DNA of 63,907 nucleotides, counting the filler, from Aduncisulcus paluster (taxonomy: Eukaryota), in assembly GCA_024181965.1 (NCBI GenBank). It is 8 parts of 8 records of this genome, joined end to end, with 100 filler letters (N's around TTAATTAATTAA, not from the genome) between each part and the next. Parts side by side here need not be neighbours in the genome. Positions count along the whole stretch, not along the records: positions 10,364 to 21,154 come from BQXS01011060.1; positions 21,255 to 39,906 come from BQXS01011061.1; 6 more parts are not named here. The stretch is one strand, 5' to 3'. Every line of letters starts with the position of its first letter. Position 1 is the stretch's first letter. A program made the translations under genes and the position numbers. Shown here piece by piece: positions 11,127 through 21,255 of this stretch. The notes under the pieces are model-generated. The model was not told the DNA's origin. It made no database searches and was given only the letters and a program-made list of their open reading frames with translations.

Positions 11127-11715
11127 ATCTCTTCGGAAGAAAAACACCAAAAATAGAATTGTTTTATTTATTTGAGTTGAGACATATCTTCCTATTTCTG
11201 AATGATTTTGAAGTCTTGCATTACAAAATTTTTGTGCATGCCATGATATATTCAATATAAATTGAATATGTTTCATCTTAAAACGCAACCATTCGTAATC
11301 AACGTCGATGACATCTCAAATGGTTTGACAAATTACCAGGACAACTTTTTGTTGCTGGTTCTTTCAAAGAAAGTTTCTGTTCAAGTAAGGAGTGACATCA
11401 GGTTTTGACTGGTGGGCTATTTCCTCCAGCAGTGAGAAGGTAGTTATCTTTATTATTGAAATAGGTCCTAGCTGGTGATCAATAAGACATTGTCTCATAA
11501 AGTTTATGATCATAAACAGCAGAGATGAGCCAATTCATTGACAAGAAAAGAATTAAAGGAATTAGAATCATTAGAGAGAAATAGAATAATATTGTAAGAA
11601 TAAACAATATCAATAATAATCCAAACAAAATCATGATAGTTCCTTCTAGTGGATAGGGGTCTACATACAACGGTAAGAAAGACCAGAACACAAGGAGTGA
11701 GTCATTGCGACTCAC

Positions 11716-13914
11716 TCAGTCGTACCTTTTAAACACTATAGCAACTCGAGGAGGCAAGTATATTTTGATTTGCTGCCCACCTTGTCCATGGATCTCCTCA
11801 GAGAAATGCTCAGATCCAACAGAAAGACGACCACCGATTCCACCAAACTCAATTTCATCAGAGTGGAGGATAGACACATATTTACCATGTTTGAGAACAG
11901 GAATACCGTATCCAGTGAAGGCTCTGTCCGGATGGAAACTTACCACGAACAACAGCTCCCCTTTTGTCCAGGCAACAACCATATCTCCTTCATTCTTGAC
12001 TAACACATGCTCTCTCTGCTTCATAAAGTTATGCTCAACATCCAACCACATTAACTTCCGGTCAAAGTCTCCAAGATGCTTGTAGCGCAATAATCCATCA
12101 TCTTCAAGACTCCACTGACGTCTACAGTAAGCGTGTGACCATCCATTACCTTCACGAGGGAAATCGATCCATTCGGGGTGTCCAAACTCATTGCCCATGA
12201 AGCACAAGAATCCTTCTCCTCCAAGACCCATAGTAAGGACTCGAATAACCTTGTGGAGAGCAATGCCTCGCGAAACAAGGGCTGATGGCTCTGTCAAGAT
12301 AGTCATATGGGTGTACATATCCTTGTCCATGAGCCAAAAGGCCAATGTCTTGTCACCAACGAGGGCTTGGTCATGCGATTCACAGTATGTGATCACTTTC
12401 TCTTGCCATCTCCTGTTTGTAAGGATGTGAACAATATGTCCAAGTTTCCAGGATGTGTCTGAACCGTACGTTTTCCCATCGAACTCTCCACCTGCAGATC
12501 TAGGCGTGACACTCTTGAGAAGCTTGATCCACACGTCTGGAATGGCCATGGATAATCTGTAATCGAATCCAAGACCTCCTTGAGGCACAGCAATACCAAG
12601 TCCAGGCATACCACTCACATCCTCTGCAATCGTAATACGTCTTCGACCATCTGAGAATAGTTCGGTGGAGTGTAGCAAATGGTTGGCGAGCTTTAGATAG
12701 GCCATAGCATCACCATTGACTTTATCACTGCCAAAATACTCATGATATCCTCCACTAAAACCAACTCCAATGCCGTGGTGGTGGTATAATATGGAGGTAA
12801 TCGCATCAAATCTGAACCCATCAATCCCATAACCCTCAGTCCACATATATATGTTGCTGAGAAGGAATCGAATGGTCTCAAGCTTTCCAAAGTCGAAGAG
12901 TCGGGCATTCCAGAGTTCGTGAAGCCCACCTTCCTTAACGCCCTTGAAGAAATGAGCGTTGTCACTTCCGTCCCACATGTTGATTCCATCAGACACGTTA
13001 CTGGAAGCATGGCCTTGGATGATATCCATTAAGACAACAATTCCATACTCGTGAGCCTTGTTGATCATGTACTTGAGATCATCTGGAGTTCCACTCCTCG
13101 AGGCAGGAGAGAAGAAAGACGTGACCTGATATCCGAAGGAGGCATAATATGAGTGCTCAGCCACACCCATGATCTGAACGGCATTGTAACCCTTCTTAGC
13201 AATCTTTGGAATCACGATATCAGCAAACTCGCGGTAAGAACCAACTCTCTCCTCTTCACAGGCCATTCCCACGTGAGATTCATAGATACGCAGATCAGAA
13301 ATATCAATATCATCGGAGCTTACGGTATATTTCTTTTCATCTTCAGATTTTGATTCAGTTCTAGCAAAAAATGGCTCCCGAGCTAAGGAAGAAGATGGAG
13401 AACCGAGGACACGATCAATGTCAACGAATAAAGCATCCATTTGAGGATTTCCTTTGTCTTGACGGGTACAGAAGGCATATTGAGGCAGGCGAACATCTTC
13501 TTTTCCATTAGGCAAGGTGACAGCAAGCTTTATCCTGGAATACTCAGGGATACGAGATGAACCATCAGGATTCTCGGGTACAAATCCTTTCCAAAAGCCA
13601 AATTCATCTTTTGTACATGGAAACTCATGTCTATTCCAATCATTGAAGTCACCCATAATACTACAGGCTTTCAAAGATGGTCCCCATTCACAATATGAAA
13701 TACCACCTGCAACCTTGTGAAATCCAAAGGTTTTGTAGGAAGATGCAAAATTCTTCAATCCGCCTAAATCAGATTCAATCTGTTTCAGGAGTCTTTTGAA
13801 TGATATATCCCATTCTCTAAAAAAAATGGCATATGGAGTTAAATATGGATCCTGAGCAATAAGAGCAGTTCCATCGGTTCTAGAAGCCCAGTCAATATCA
13901 GAATGATCAGACAT
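11716..13914 (-). CDS. GBE1: 1,4-alpha-glucan (glycogen) branching enzyme, GH13
   Basis: Motifs IYESHVGM, HSYYASFGYQVTSFF, DGFRFDAITS (nucleophile), TIAEDVSG (acid/base), YCESHDQALVGDKT, FMGNEFGHPEWIDFPR. ATG at 13914. Confidence 0.98.
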   Translation of the reverse strand: MSDHSDIDWASRTDGTALIAQDPYLTPYAIFFREWDISFKRLLKQIESDLGGLKNFASSYKTFGFHKVAGGISYCEWGPSLKACSIMGDFNDWNRHEFPCTKDEFGFWKGFVPENPDGSSRIPEYSRIKLAVTLPNGKEDVRLPQYAFCTRQDKGNPQMDALFVDIDRVLGSPSSSLAREPFFARTESKSEDEKKYTVSSDDIDISDLRIYESHVGMACEEERVGSYREFADIVIPKIAKKGYNAVQIMGVAEHSYYASFGYQVTSFFSPASRSGTPDDLKYMINKAHEYGIVVLMDIIQGHASSNVSDGINMWDGSDNAHFFKGVKEGGLHELWNARLFDFGKLETIRFLLSNIYMWTEGYGIDGFRFDAITSILYHHHGIGVGFSGGYHEYFGSDKVNGDAMAYLKLANHLLHSTELFSDGRRRITIAEDVSGMPGLGIAVPQGGLGFDYRLSMAIPDVWIKLLKSVTPRSAGGEFDGKTYGSDTSWKLGHIVHILTNRRWQEKVITYCESHDQALVGDKTLAFWLMDKDMYTHMTILTEPSALVSRGIALHKVIRVLTMGLGGEGFLCFMGNEFGHPEWIDFPREGNGWSHAYCRRQWSLEDDGLLRYKHLGDFDRKLMWLDVEHNFMKQREHVLVKNEGDMVVAWTKGELLFVVSFHPDRAFTGYGIPVLKHGKYVSILHSDEIEFGGIGGRLSVGSEHFSEEIHGQGGQQIKIYLPPRVAIVFKRYD

Positions 13915-14475
13915 TTTTGTTATAACCTTGTAAGTTGTGATCAAACCTCGATCTATCACGTCAAATTTGAAATGATCAATAATTCAGAAGTAAAATGCAC
14001 TAAAAATGGTGAAAATATAATTGATTCTGACTTTAAAACAAATATATTTATTTTTTTATGAATGAAATGGTGTAGAATGGACATCATCAAACCGAAAATA
14101 ATGAAAGTTGTCATCTGGGCATTGGAAATATCTTTAAACAATCAAAGTTTGATATTAGCTTAAAGTATGGAATAAAAACCAAATTAAATTATTATTGGCG
14201 ATTTTTCTTAAGAGAATAATGATTTAGTTTGGTGGCACTCGGGTCATTGGTCTTCCGGATTTTGAAGAACATTTTAAATGAACTCCTAATATTATTTATA
14301 CAACATAAATTAATTTTTCAACTCTATTTCCGGTTATTCTTTCGAATAAGAATCCAAAAATCTAAAAATCCACTTTTCTGCGTGGTATTTAAATATTTGA
14401 TTTATTAAACCCTTTAATTTTAACTTTATTGCTTATTATTATTATTTTTCAAATATTTAGATCCTCATTTCTTCT

Positions 14476-17400
14476 ATGAAAGGATTGTTTTTCAATCTCG
14501 GTCATAAGAATCCAAACCTCTCAGAAAAACCCAAAGATCCGAGACCACAGCCTATTGTAGATACGCAAGATGAAAAATTGCCCAGTGTAGAAGATAAAAG
14601 AAGTAGTTTGCCAAAGCCTCCTTCATTCCTTTTTCAAACAGCAGGTGGAACTACTATCTCTGTTGACCATAAGAAAATACAACAAGAAAGAGAGAAAGAG
14701 AATAGTGAACAACCGAAAGATGAGTATCGTTCTCATCATGAGATTTCAAAGACAGAGGGTCTGCAAGATGATACATCCACCAAAAAAGCTCGTCGTAGAG
14801 TTCATAAAGAAAGATCTAAGGCCTCAGAAAGTCCATTAAAAAGTTCGAGTGATGTCAAATCATTCGCCAAACCACAACACTCCTCCTTTTTATTTCAAAC
14901 CGCAGCTGGCACTGATATTTCGATAAATCGGGATGAAATTAGGCAAAAAATGTCTATTGAAGCGACGAAAGGTACTTCTTCATCCGTTGACACTTCTTCG
15001 AAAACGCATATTCTATCCTCTTCGACTCCTTCATTCATTAGATCGGATATTTCACATCATCCTGTGCATCAATCAAAGCAAACTAAGTTATCAGAACCCA
15101 AAAAACATTCGTCCAAGTCTCATTCCCCAAAACCAAAACAACCATCATCCTTCTCCTTTATGTTTCAGACTGCTGCCGGTCATTCTGTGAGTATTGATAA
15201 GAATTTGTTTGAGAAAGAGAGGAATACAGACAGTAGTGAGATTCATTCAACTGTTCCAAAACAGAAAGTAGCTTCTTCTTCCTCTCAGTCAATGGATATT
15301 GGTAAAAGGAGAAGTGTTCCCAGTGTTTCTCTATCAAGTGAGACCAAGGAGATTGGAAACATTAGAGAATTTGATCATTCCAAATCCAAACGACACTCTC
15401 ATCAAAGAGCCCCCTCGTCTTCCTTTTCATTCCTCTTTCAAACAGCCTCAGGCAAAGATATTTCGATAAATCGGGATGAAATTAGGCAAAAAATGTCTAT
15501 TGAAGCGACGAAAGGTACTTCTTCATCCGTTGACACTTCTTCGAAAACGCATATTCTATCCTCTTCGACTCCTTCATTCATTAGATCGGATATTTCACAT
15601 CATCCTGTGCATCAATCAAAGCAAACTAAGTTATCAGAACCCAAAAAACATTCGTCCAAGTCTCATTCCCCAAAACCAAAACAACCATCATCCTTCTCCT
15701 TTATGTTTCAGACTGCTGCCGGTCATTCTGTGAGTATTGATAAGAATTTGTTTGAGAAAGAGAGGAATACAGACAGTAGTGAGATTCATTCAACTGTTCC
15801 AAAACAGAAAGTAGCTTCTTCTTCCTCTCAGTCAATGGATATTGGTAAAAGGAGAAGTGTTCCCAGTGTTTCTCTATCAAGTGAGACCAAGGAGATTGGA
15901 AACATTAGAGAATTTGATCATTCCAAATCCAAACGACACTCTCATCAAAGAGCCCCCTCGTCTTCCTTTTCATTCCTCTTTCAAACAGCCTCAGGCAAAG
16001 ATATTTCAGTTAGCAAAGAAGCTCTTGATGCACAGAGAATCATGGACACCATTGATAGTGATGTTCCTGATGTCTCTCCATCAGCCCATAGTCATTCATC
16101 AGTAAGCAAGAACAGACCAAAGAAGAACAGACCAAAGAAGAACAGAATAAGTCCTCGTCCTCCTCTTGTCAATTCTACGATTGATTCCCATCCCGTTCCA
16201 TCAAGGCATACTCTATCGCCAGCCCATCACCATGCTAAATCATCCTCGATGCTTGGTACTATCTCTCGTGGATCATCCAATCAATCCACCAATCATAGTG
16301 AAACGACGAGACAGGACAACGATTTCTTTGCGTTTAGTGCACCAGAATCCGTGTATGATGAAGATGAACTGGAGGAAATATGTTCTTTAATTAAAGCAAG
16401 ATGGGGATATGAAGATAAAGATAAACCTCGAAAAGAATCAATAGGAATGGAGAGAACCCAACCAATCGTTGAAGTGGAAGAAGATCATCAGAAACCATTG
16501 GATCCATCTGATTCTCCTCTATCCCCGTCTCCTGTGCATGAATTTGGACCGATATCTGCACAGTTCAAGGTCTCCTCTTCAACACAGGATATTCTGGATA
16601 ACCCTTGTGCTGATACAAGTGGATCTCGACTTGAAGAGCCGGATATGTGTACTATCATCCAAGACTCAAGAGAAATGTTTCAGAGAAATGGTGTTTTACA
16701 GGACATATATGATGATATTATATGTAGTTGTTCTCAAAAGGCTAAAAATAGTCAGAATGATACTTCTCAATCACAAGATTACACAACAGGAAGTGTCGAT
16801 AGTGTGATAACTGTTTCTCATGATTCTAAAAATAGAATAACCGATTCTCAGGGTCGTTTACATTTCAAGGGTGTTATTGATGGTGAGGATGAAATCAAAG
16901 ATAAAGGTGATAAAAAAGACACCTTTTCCAAGATCAAACCTATAACATTAGGATGTCCTTTCTCTCCTCTTTCGAATAAGCGTTTAAAAGCTCTCTCCAA
17001 CCCTATTAAGAGAAGATCAAAACATCTGGATAGAGTGAATCTGAAGAATGGGATACCAGATCCAAGGTCAGGTTACAAATCTTCTTTTTCCTCGACATCT
17101 TATTTTGATAGATATCTTCCTTCTCTATCTTCCTCTTCTTCTTCTTCTTCTCCTTTCTCTTCTGCCTCGTCTCGACCTGCAGTTCTATTTCCTATATTCA
17201 GAGAAATAGGAATACTCGGAAAAGGAAAATATTCAAATTTAACCAACTCTTCTTCAATATATTATAATTCAATGGCATCACACAAATTATCCTCTCCCTT
17301 GTCTTCTTCTTCTCTCTCTTCTATTGCAAAGCCTTCCGCAGAACCAGAAGCTCTCAGCAGGGGGAAAATACTAGCCCGTCTTAAATCTCAGGACTCTATT

Positions 17401-20400
17401 GTCCATTTCCATCAGTCATCATTCCTTCCCAAGACATCACAATGTAACAGTGATATTGCTCAGGATCCCCTGGAGAAGCAAGCTGATGATGAAGCGACAA
17501 CGACAGTCTTGCAGCAGATTAATGCAGTCTCTCCTATATCTTACAGTGGAATGGTTCTAGACAGTAGTGGGAGTAATGGTGGTGGTAACTGTTCATGTTC
17601 TATAAATAATATTCCAAGAGATGGACATGAAGATTCAACCGTAATGAACAAGCATGAGGATCAATCAGATGGGAGTGGAGAATCGTCAGAGAGAAGCGTG
17701 ATAAAAGAATATGATGATCTCCAGAAAGCTTTCATTCAAACTCCTGATATTGAAGAACAATTATCCCGAAAGAAGAAGGATGATAATCCCATTCCTCCAT
17801 TTAAACTTCCTTCAGCTCCTTTCTGTCTACTATTCACAGAGTTTTTCAGACTCCCTCGCTTCGATTTGTCCATGTTCGAACCTGTCATGTCTCGTGAACG
17901 TGAAGAACATCGTGGCATTTTACTTTGTGCTCTCCTTGAAATTCCTCCAAATGTATTTTCCTCAGCACATTGTCTTCTGTCTTTTTCACGAATGTTGCAC
18001 GCTTGGAAAGTGTCTGTTATCCACAATAGATCTCTTGGTGAACACTCTCGTCTTTCAACAATGATATCTTCACTCAAAAAAATTCAAAGATCATCCAAAG
18101 AAATATCTTCTCGTCATTGTGATGAAATTCTACAGCTTGTTAACCGTGAAAGGTGGAGTCTTGATATCTCTCAGTATATGACCGATAGATCCAATGAGAA
18201 AGTTCTATTTTTAGAAGATTCCGATGATTTATATTCCTCATATATGACAACCCTATTGAAATCCCACTCTCTCTCTTTTTTCCATCCATTGAAGAGTTAT
18301 TATATATATTTACATAGACATTCATTTGAATACAAGAGAGAAGATAAGCAAATAGAAGGAAGCAGAGAGAAAGAAGGAAGGATAGAGAAAGAAGCAGAAG
18401 GAGAAGAAGGAGAAGAAGGAGAAGAAGGAGAAGCGTGTCAGTCTTCTCATGATTCAACCCATCCGTGCCTTTCTCTTCTCGTCTGCCAGCATTTAGTCTC
18501 AAATGGATATGGGTGGAGCAATGTAAGGCAGTGTTCATATCGTAAGGACGAGTCAAGCTCTCAGGCCACCATAATATCATCCTCGCCATCCCCTCAACCC
18601 AACATTGGTCAATTAAATTCAAACGTTCCTGGGGGAATCCTCAAACGGGTGGCCTTTGGAGTGTCAAACACTGGCAATACCTCAGTTGATCCTTCTTTTC
18701 CTTCCATTTCTGTCCTATCATCTAAGCTTGAATCTAACACTGGACACAAACCTTCATCCCCATCTTCTCATCTTGTGAATATCTTGACAAAGGCTGTTGA
18801 AGATGATGAAGGCCTATTCCTTCTTCCATCTCATTCAATCGTTCAGTTGATCATGAATAACAAACAATGGTGGAAAGCTATTATTAGTTCTGACTCTGAC
18901 TCTGATTCTGATTCTGATTCATCCCATCTTTCTGGAGGAAAGACTGGAGAATCTAACTCTTTGTTCCTTCCTTCCTTATTCAAGCTATTCCTCTTCACAC
19001 TGCTCGGGTTTCGTGCGGATATGTCAAAGACTGGAAACCTAAAGATATCTCCCAACATAACCTCCCACACTCCCCGTGACTCTCCATCCCAATGCACTGA
19101 TGATATATCCTTATCTGTAACTTCCCATAGAACCTTGGATCACTCTCTTTTGACTTCTTTCCTATGGAGACTGGGGGCCCAATGTTCCTGGGAATGGGTC
19201 CAAGAACAGTGGCAACTCGAACTCTGGGAGGGCATTAAGAGAGCCCTTGAGATCAATCTTCACTCACAGAATCATACTCGACATAAATGCACATGTCATT
19301 TGCATTCCTATTCTCATTGTTTTGTAAATCGAATATCCCCTTATGTTAATTTTGTGACAATTTCACTTGGTGTTCTTCATTCATATGTATCAAGGTGGAT
19401 CTTGGGAGAACAGAGCGTTTTCTCAGTGTTGAGAGACGAAGGTGCACAAGAAAGTACTGAAATATATGAGTCTGAATATCACGAGGATATTCTTTCTTCA
19501 GTTAGCTTTCACTCCAAAGAAGAGGAAGAAGAGGAAGAAGGGGAAGAAGAGGAAAAGAAGGGTCTGATGAATGGGTTAAGAAAATATCAGAAACAAGAGA
19601 AAGGTTATCAAAGATACATTACTAATGTGAGCAAATTGGACTCTATTTCACCTGAAATGGGATGTATTCGAGCCAGAGTAATTGGAATTGGTAGAGAATC
19701 TGTGAGTTTCATACAAACTGCAACCGACCTCGATAAGGATGATCCGAGATATAACTCTCTCTCTCTCGTATATGAAAAACTTCCATCTCACATAACATCT
19801 CTTCTTTGCATCCATTCATCGAGATCAGATATGTCCACTTCTCGTGTCTACACCAAGGAGCGAAGGGATCTTTCTCAGGGGGATAATAATAGAATATGTG
19901 TATCTCTTCCTCATACCCTTGTTGTGAGAGATGCTCAAAACGTTGCCTTCGTGAGACTAGAAGGAATACTTAGGAGCTATCCATGGCAATTTGGTGATAT
20001 TATTCAGTTTTCTCTCACGCCAACGATGAAGCCATTGCCCAAAAATCAACAGTCAAGCTCCAAGACATCCATGGCTAATTGTAACAGCTCTTCCTCTGCC
20101 GATTCTCTCCTGTGGTTTATGCCAGACGATCTTCCTTCTCAACTTATCTCCTCTATTCCTTGTTTCTCAGTTAATCCAGGAATATGCATAAGATATGAAT
20201 GTCCTTGTTTTGATTCATCTCCGGAAAACCATCCAACGAATGGGTGGAAATGGTTCTCTGCGAGTGATAGTGGACTCATTCAGTTCCATAACTTCTTTGG
20301 AATGCTCTCTAATCTGAATAATCATAACAATCCGCTAAAAGTGACGGAAGAGGAGGAGAAACGTACGGATACGGAGGAAGAACAATCTGGAAATGGAGCC

Positions 20401-21120
20401 CTAATTATCTCTGATCATAAGTCCTCAAAATCTTCAAATGAAACCTTCCCCGATATAATATCTCACTTCCACTTGCCACAGATATCTCTTGGTTACGTGT
20501 CATTCTCTACCCCTTCTCTCTTCCCAATAATGCCTCTTAGACCCTCAATAATGACAAATACTTCTATCGCTCTTGATCTCCATGAGGAAAGTTCAACCCA
20601 TGCAAACTCTATATCACATCTTATATCTTCCCCAGGAACGAATTCTATAAATAGCAGTTGTTCATCGATCACTGTTCCATTTTTAGAACTCACACCGATG
20701 TTGATTTGTGAACGTCAGTGGTATGTTGATGATACCGATAGTGATAGTGATGGATCAAAGGCTACTCATAATTCCTCATCAAAACGGTGGGTTGGAGAAA
20801 TGGAGTGGGAAGCGATTGTGATGCGTCGGAGAGAAAAAACCGCTGTCAAAGTTCAACGGGCAATTGAGACTGCTATTCAGGAATGGGCTCAGAAAGAACT
20901 TCAATTGGTTGAGGATAAACTTGTGACTCATGGTTATGGTTCAATTCCACAGAGCTCTACGGAAAGTACCAGTAGTGCAAAACACTCAAAGACGAAGAGT
21001 AAGAAAGCTTCGAAAGGTGTATGTTCTTCCAAATCTCCCATTCCTCTTTCTTCCTCTGAAGGAACAGTGGTTATATCCCGTTACTTATTTCTCTCTTCAA
21101 TGGTTCAAGATAGTGTTTAG
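14476..21120 (+). CDS. BRCA2: BRCA2-like protein (BRC repeats plus a divergent helical/OB region); probably 3' truncated
   Basis: Six FQTA[AGS]Gxx[IV]S[IV] motifs at 14632, 14893, 15163, 15436, 15706 and 15979 match the BRC consensus FxTASGKxVxVS. Later segments WEWVQEQWQLELW and VVRDAQNVAFVRLEGIL resemble BRCA2 helical-domain and OB1 motifs. Confidence 0.78.
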   Translation: MKGLFFNLGHKNPNLSEKPKDPRPQPIVDTQDEKLPSVEDKRSSLPKPPSFLFQTAGGTTISVDHKKIQQEREKENSEQPKDEYRSHHEISKTEGLQDDTSTKKARRRVHKERSKASESPLKSSSDVKSFAKPQHSSFLFQTAAGTDISINRDEIRQKMSIEATKGTSSSVDTSSKTHILSSSTPSFIRSDISHHPVHQSKQTKLSEPKKHSSKSHSPKPKQPSSFSFMFQTAAGHSVSIDKNLFEKERNTDSSEIHSTVPKQKVASSSSQSMDIGKRRSVPSVSLSSETKEIGNIREFDHSKSKRHSHQRAPSSSFSFLFQTASGKDISINRDEIRQKMSIEATKGTSSSVDTSSKTHILSSSTPSFIRSDISHHPVHQSKQTKLSEPKKHSSKSHSPKPKQPSSFSFMFQTAAGHSVSIDKNLFEKERNTDSSEIHSTVPKQKVASSSSQSMDIGKRRSVPSVSLSSETKEIGNIREFDHSKSKRHSHQRAPSSSFSFLFQTASGKDISVSKEALDAQRIMDTIDSDVPDVSPSAHSHSSVSKNRPKKNRPKKNRISPRPPLVNSTIDSHPVPSRHTLSPAHHHAKSSSMLGTISRGSSNQSTNHSETTRQDNDFFAFSAPESVYDEDELEEICSLIKARWGYEDKDKPRKESIGMERTQPIVEVEEDHQKPLDPSDSPLSPSPVHEFGPISAQFKVSSSTQDILDNPCADTSGSRLEEPDMCTIIQDSREMFQRNGVLQDIYDDIICSCSQKAKNSQNDTSQSQDYTTGSVDSVITVSHDSKNRITDSQGRLHFKGVIDGEDEIKDKGDKKDTFSKIKPITLGCPFSPLSNKRLKALSNPIKRRSKHLDRVNLKNGIPDPRSGYKSSFSSTSYFDRYLPSLSSSSSSSSPFSSASSRPAVLFPIFREIGILGKGKYSNLTNSSSIYYNSMASHKLSSPLSSSSLSSIAKPSAEPEALSRGKILARLKSQDSIVHFHQSSFLPKTSQCNSDIAQDPLEKQADDEATTTVLQQINAVSPISYSGMVLDSSGSNGGGNCSCSINNIPRDGHEDSTVMNKHEDQSDGSGESSERSVIKEYDDLQKAFIQTPDIEEQLSRKKKDDNPIPPFKLPSAPFCLLFTEFFRLPRFDLSMFEPVMSREREEHRGILLCALLEIPPNVFSSAHCLLSFSRMLHAWKVSVIHNRSLGEHSRLSTMISSLKKIQRSSKEISSRHCDEILQLVNRERWSLDISQYMTDRSNEKVLFLEDSDDLYSSYMTTLLKSHSLSFFHPLKSYYIYLHRHSFEYKREDKQIEGSREKEGRIEKEAEGEEGEEGEEGEACQSSHDSTHPCLSLLVCQHLVSNGYGWSNVRQCSYRKDESSSQATIISSSPSPQPNIGQLNSNVPGGILKRVAFGVSNTGNTSVDPSFPSISVLSSKLESNTGHKPSSPSSHLVNILTKAVEDDEGLFLLPSHSIVQLIMNNKQWWKAIISSDSDSDSDSDSSHLSGGKTGESNSLFLPSLFKLFLFTLLGFRADMSKTGNLKISPNITSHTPRDSPSQCTDDISLSVTSHRTLDHSLLTSFLWRLGAQCSWEWVQEQWQLELWEGIKRALEINLHSQNHTRHKCTCHLHSYSHCFVNRISPYVNFVTISLGVLHSYVSRWILGEQSVFSVLRDEGAQESTEIYESEYHEDILSSVSFHSKEEEEEEEGEEEEKKGLMNGLRKYQKQEKGYQRYITNVSKLDSISPEMGCIRARVIGIGRESVSFIQTATDLDKDDPRYNSLSLVYEKLPSHITSLLCIHSSRSDMSTSRVYTKERRDLSQGDNNRICVSLPHTLVVRDAQNVAFVRLEGILRSYPWQFGDIIQFSLTPTMKPLPKNQQSSSKTSMANCNSSSSADSLLWFMPDDLPSQLISSIPCFSVNPGICIRYECPCFDSSPENHPTNGWKWFSASDSGLIQFHNFFGMLSNLNNHNNPLKVTEEEEKRTDTEEEQSGNGALIISDHKSSKSSNETFPDIISHFHLPQISLGYVSFSTPSLFPIMPLRPSIMTNTSIALDLHEESSTHANSISHLISSPGTNSINSSCSSITVPFLELTPMLICERQWYVDDTDSDSDGSKATHNSSSKRWVGEMEWEAIVMRRREKTAVKVQRAIETAIQEWAQKELQLVEDKLVTHGYGSIPQSSTESTSSAKHSKTKSKKASKGVCSSKSPIPLSSSEGTVVISRYLFLSSMVQDSV
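14914..16007 (+). repeat. exact 543-nt (181-aa) tandem duplication within the BRC array
   Basis: 14914-15456 appears identical to 15457-15999; GATATTTC microhomology at all three boundaries; identical shadow ORFs at 14933 and 15476. Confidence 0.95.
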
Positions 21121-21255
21121 TTAGCAAAGAAGCTCTTGATGCACAGAGAATCATNNNNNNNNNNNNNNNNNNNNNNNNNNNNNNNNNNNNNNNNNNNNTT
21201 AATTAATTAANNNNNNNNNNNNNNNNNNNNNNNNNNNNNNNNNNNNNNNNNNNNA

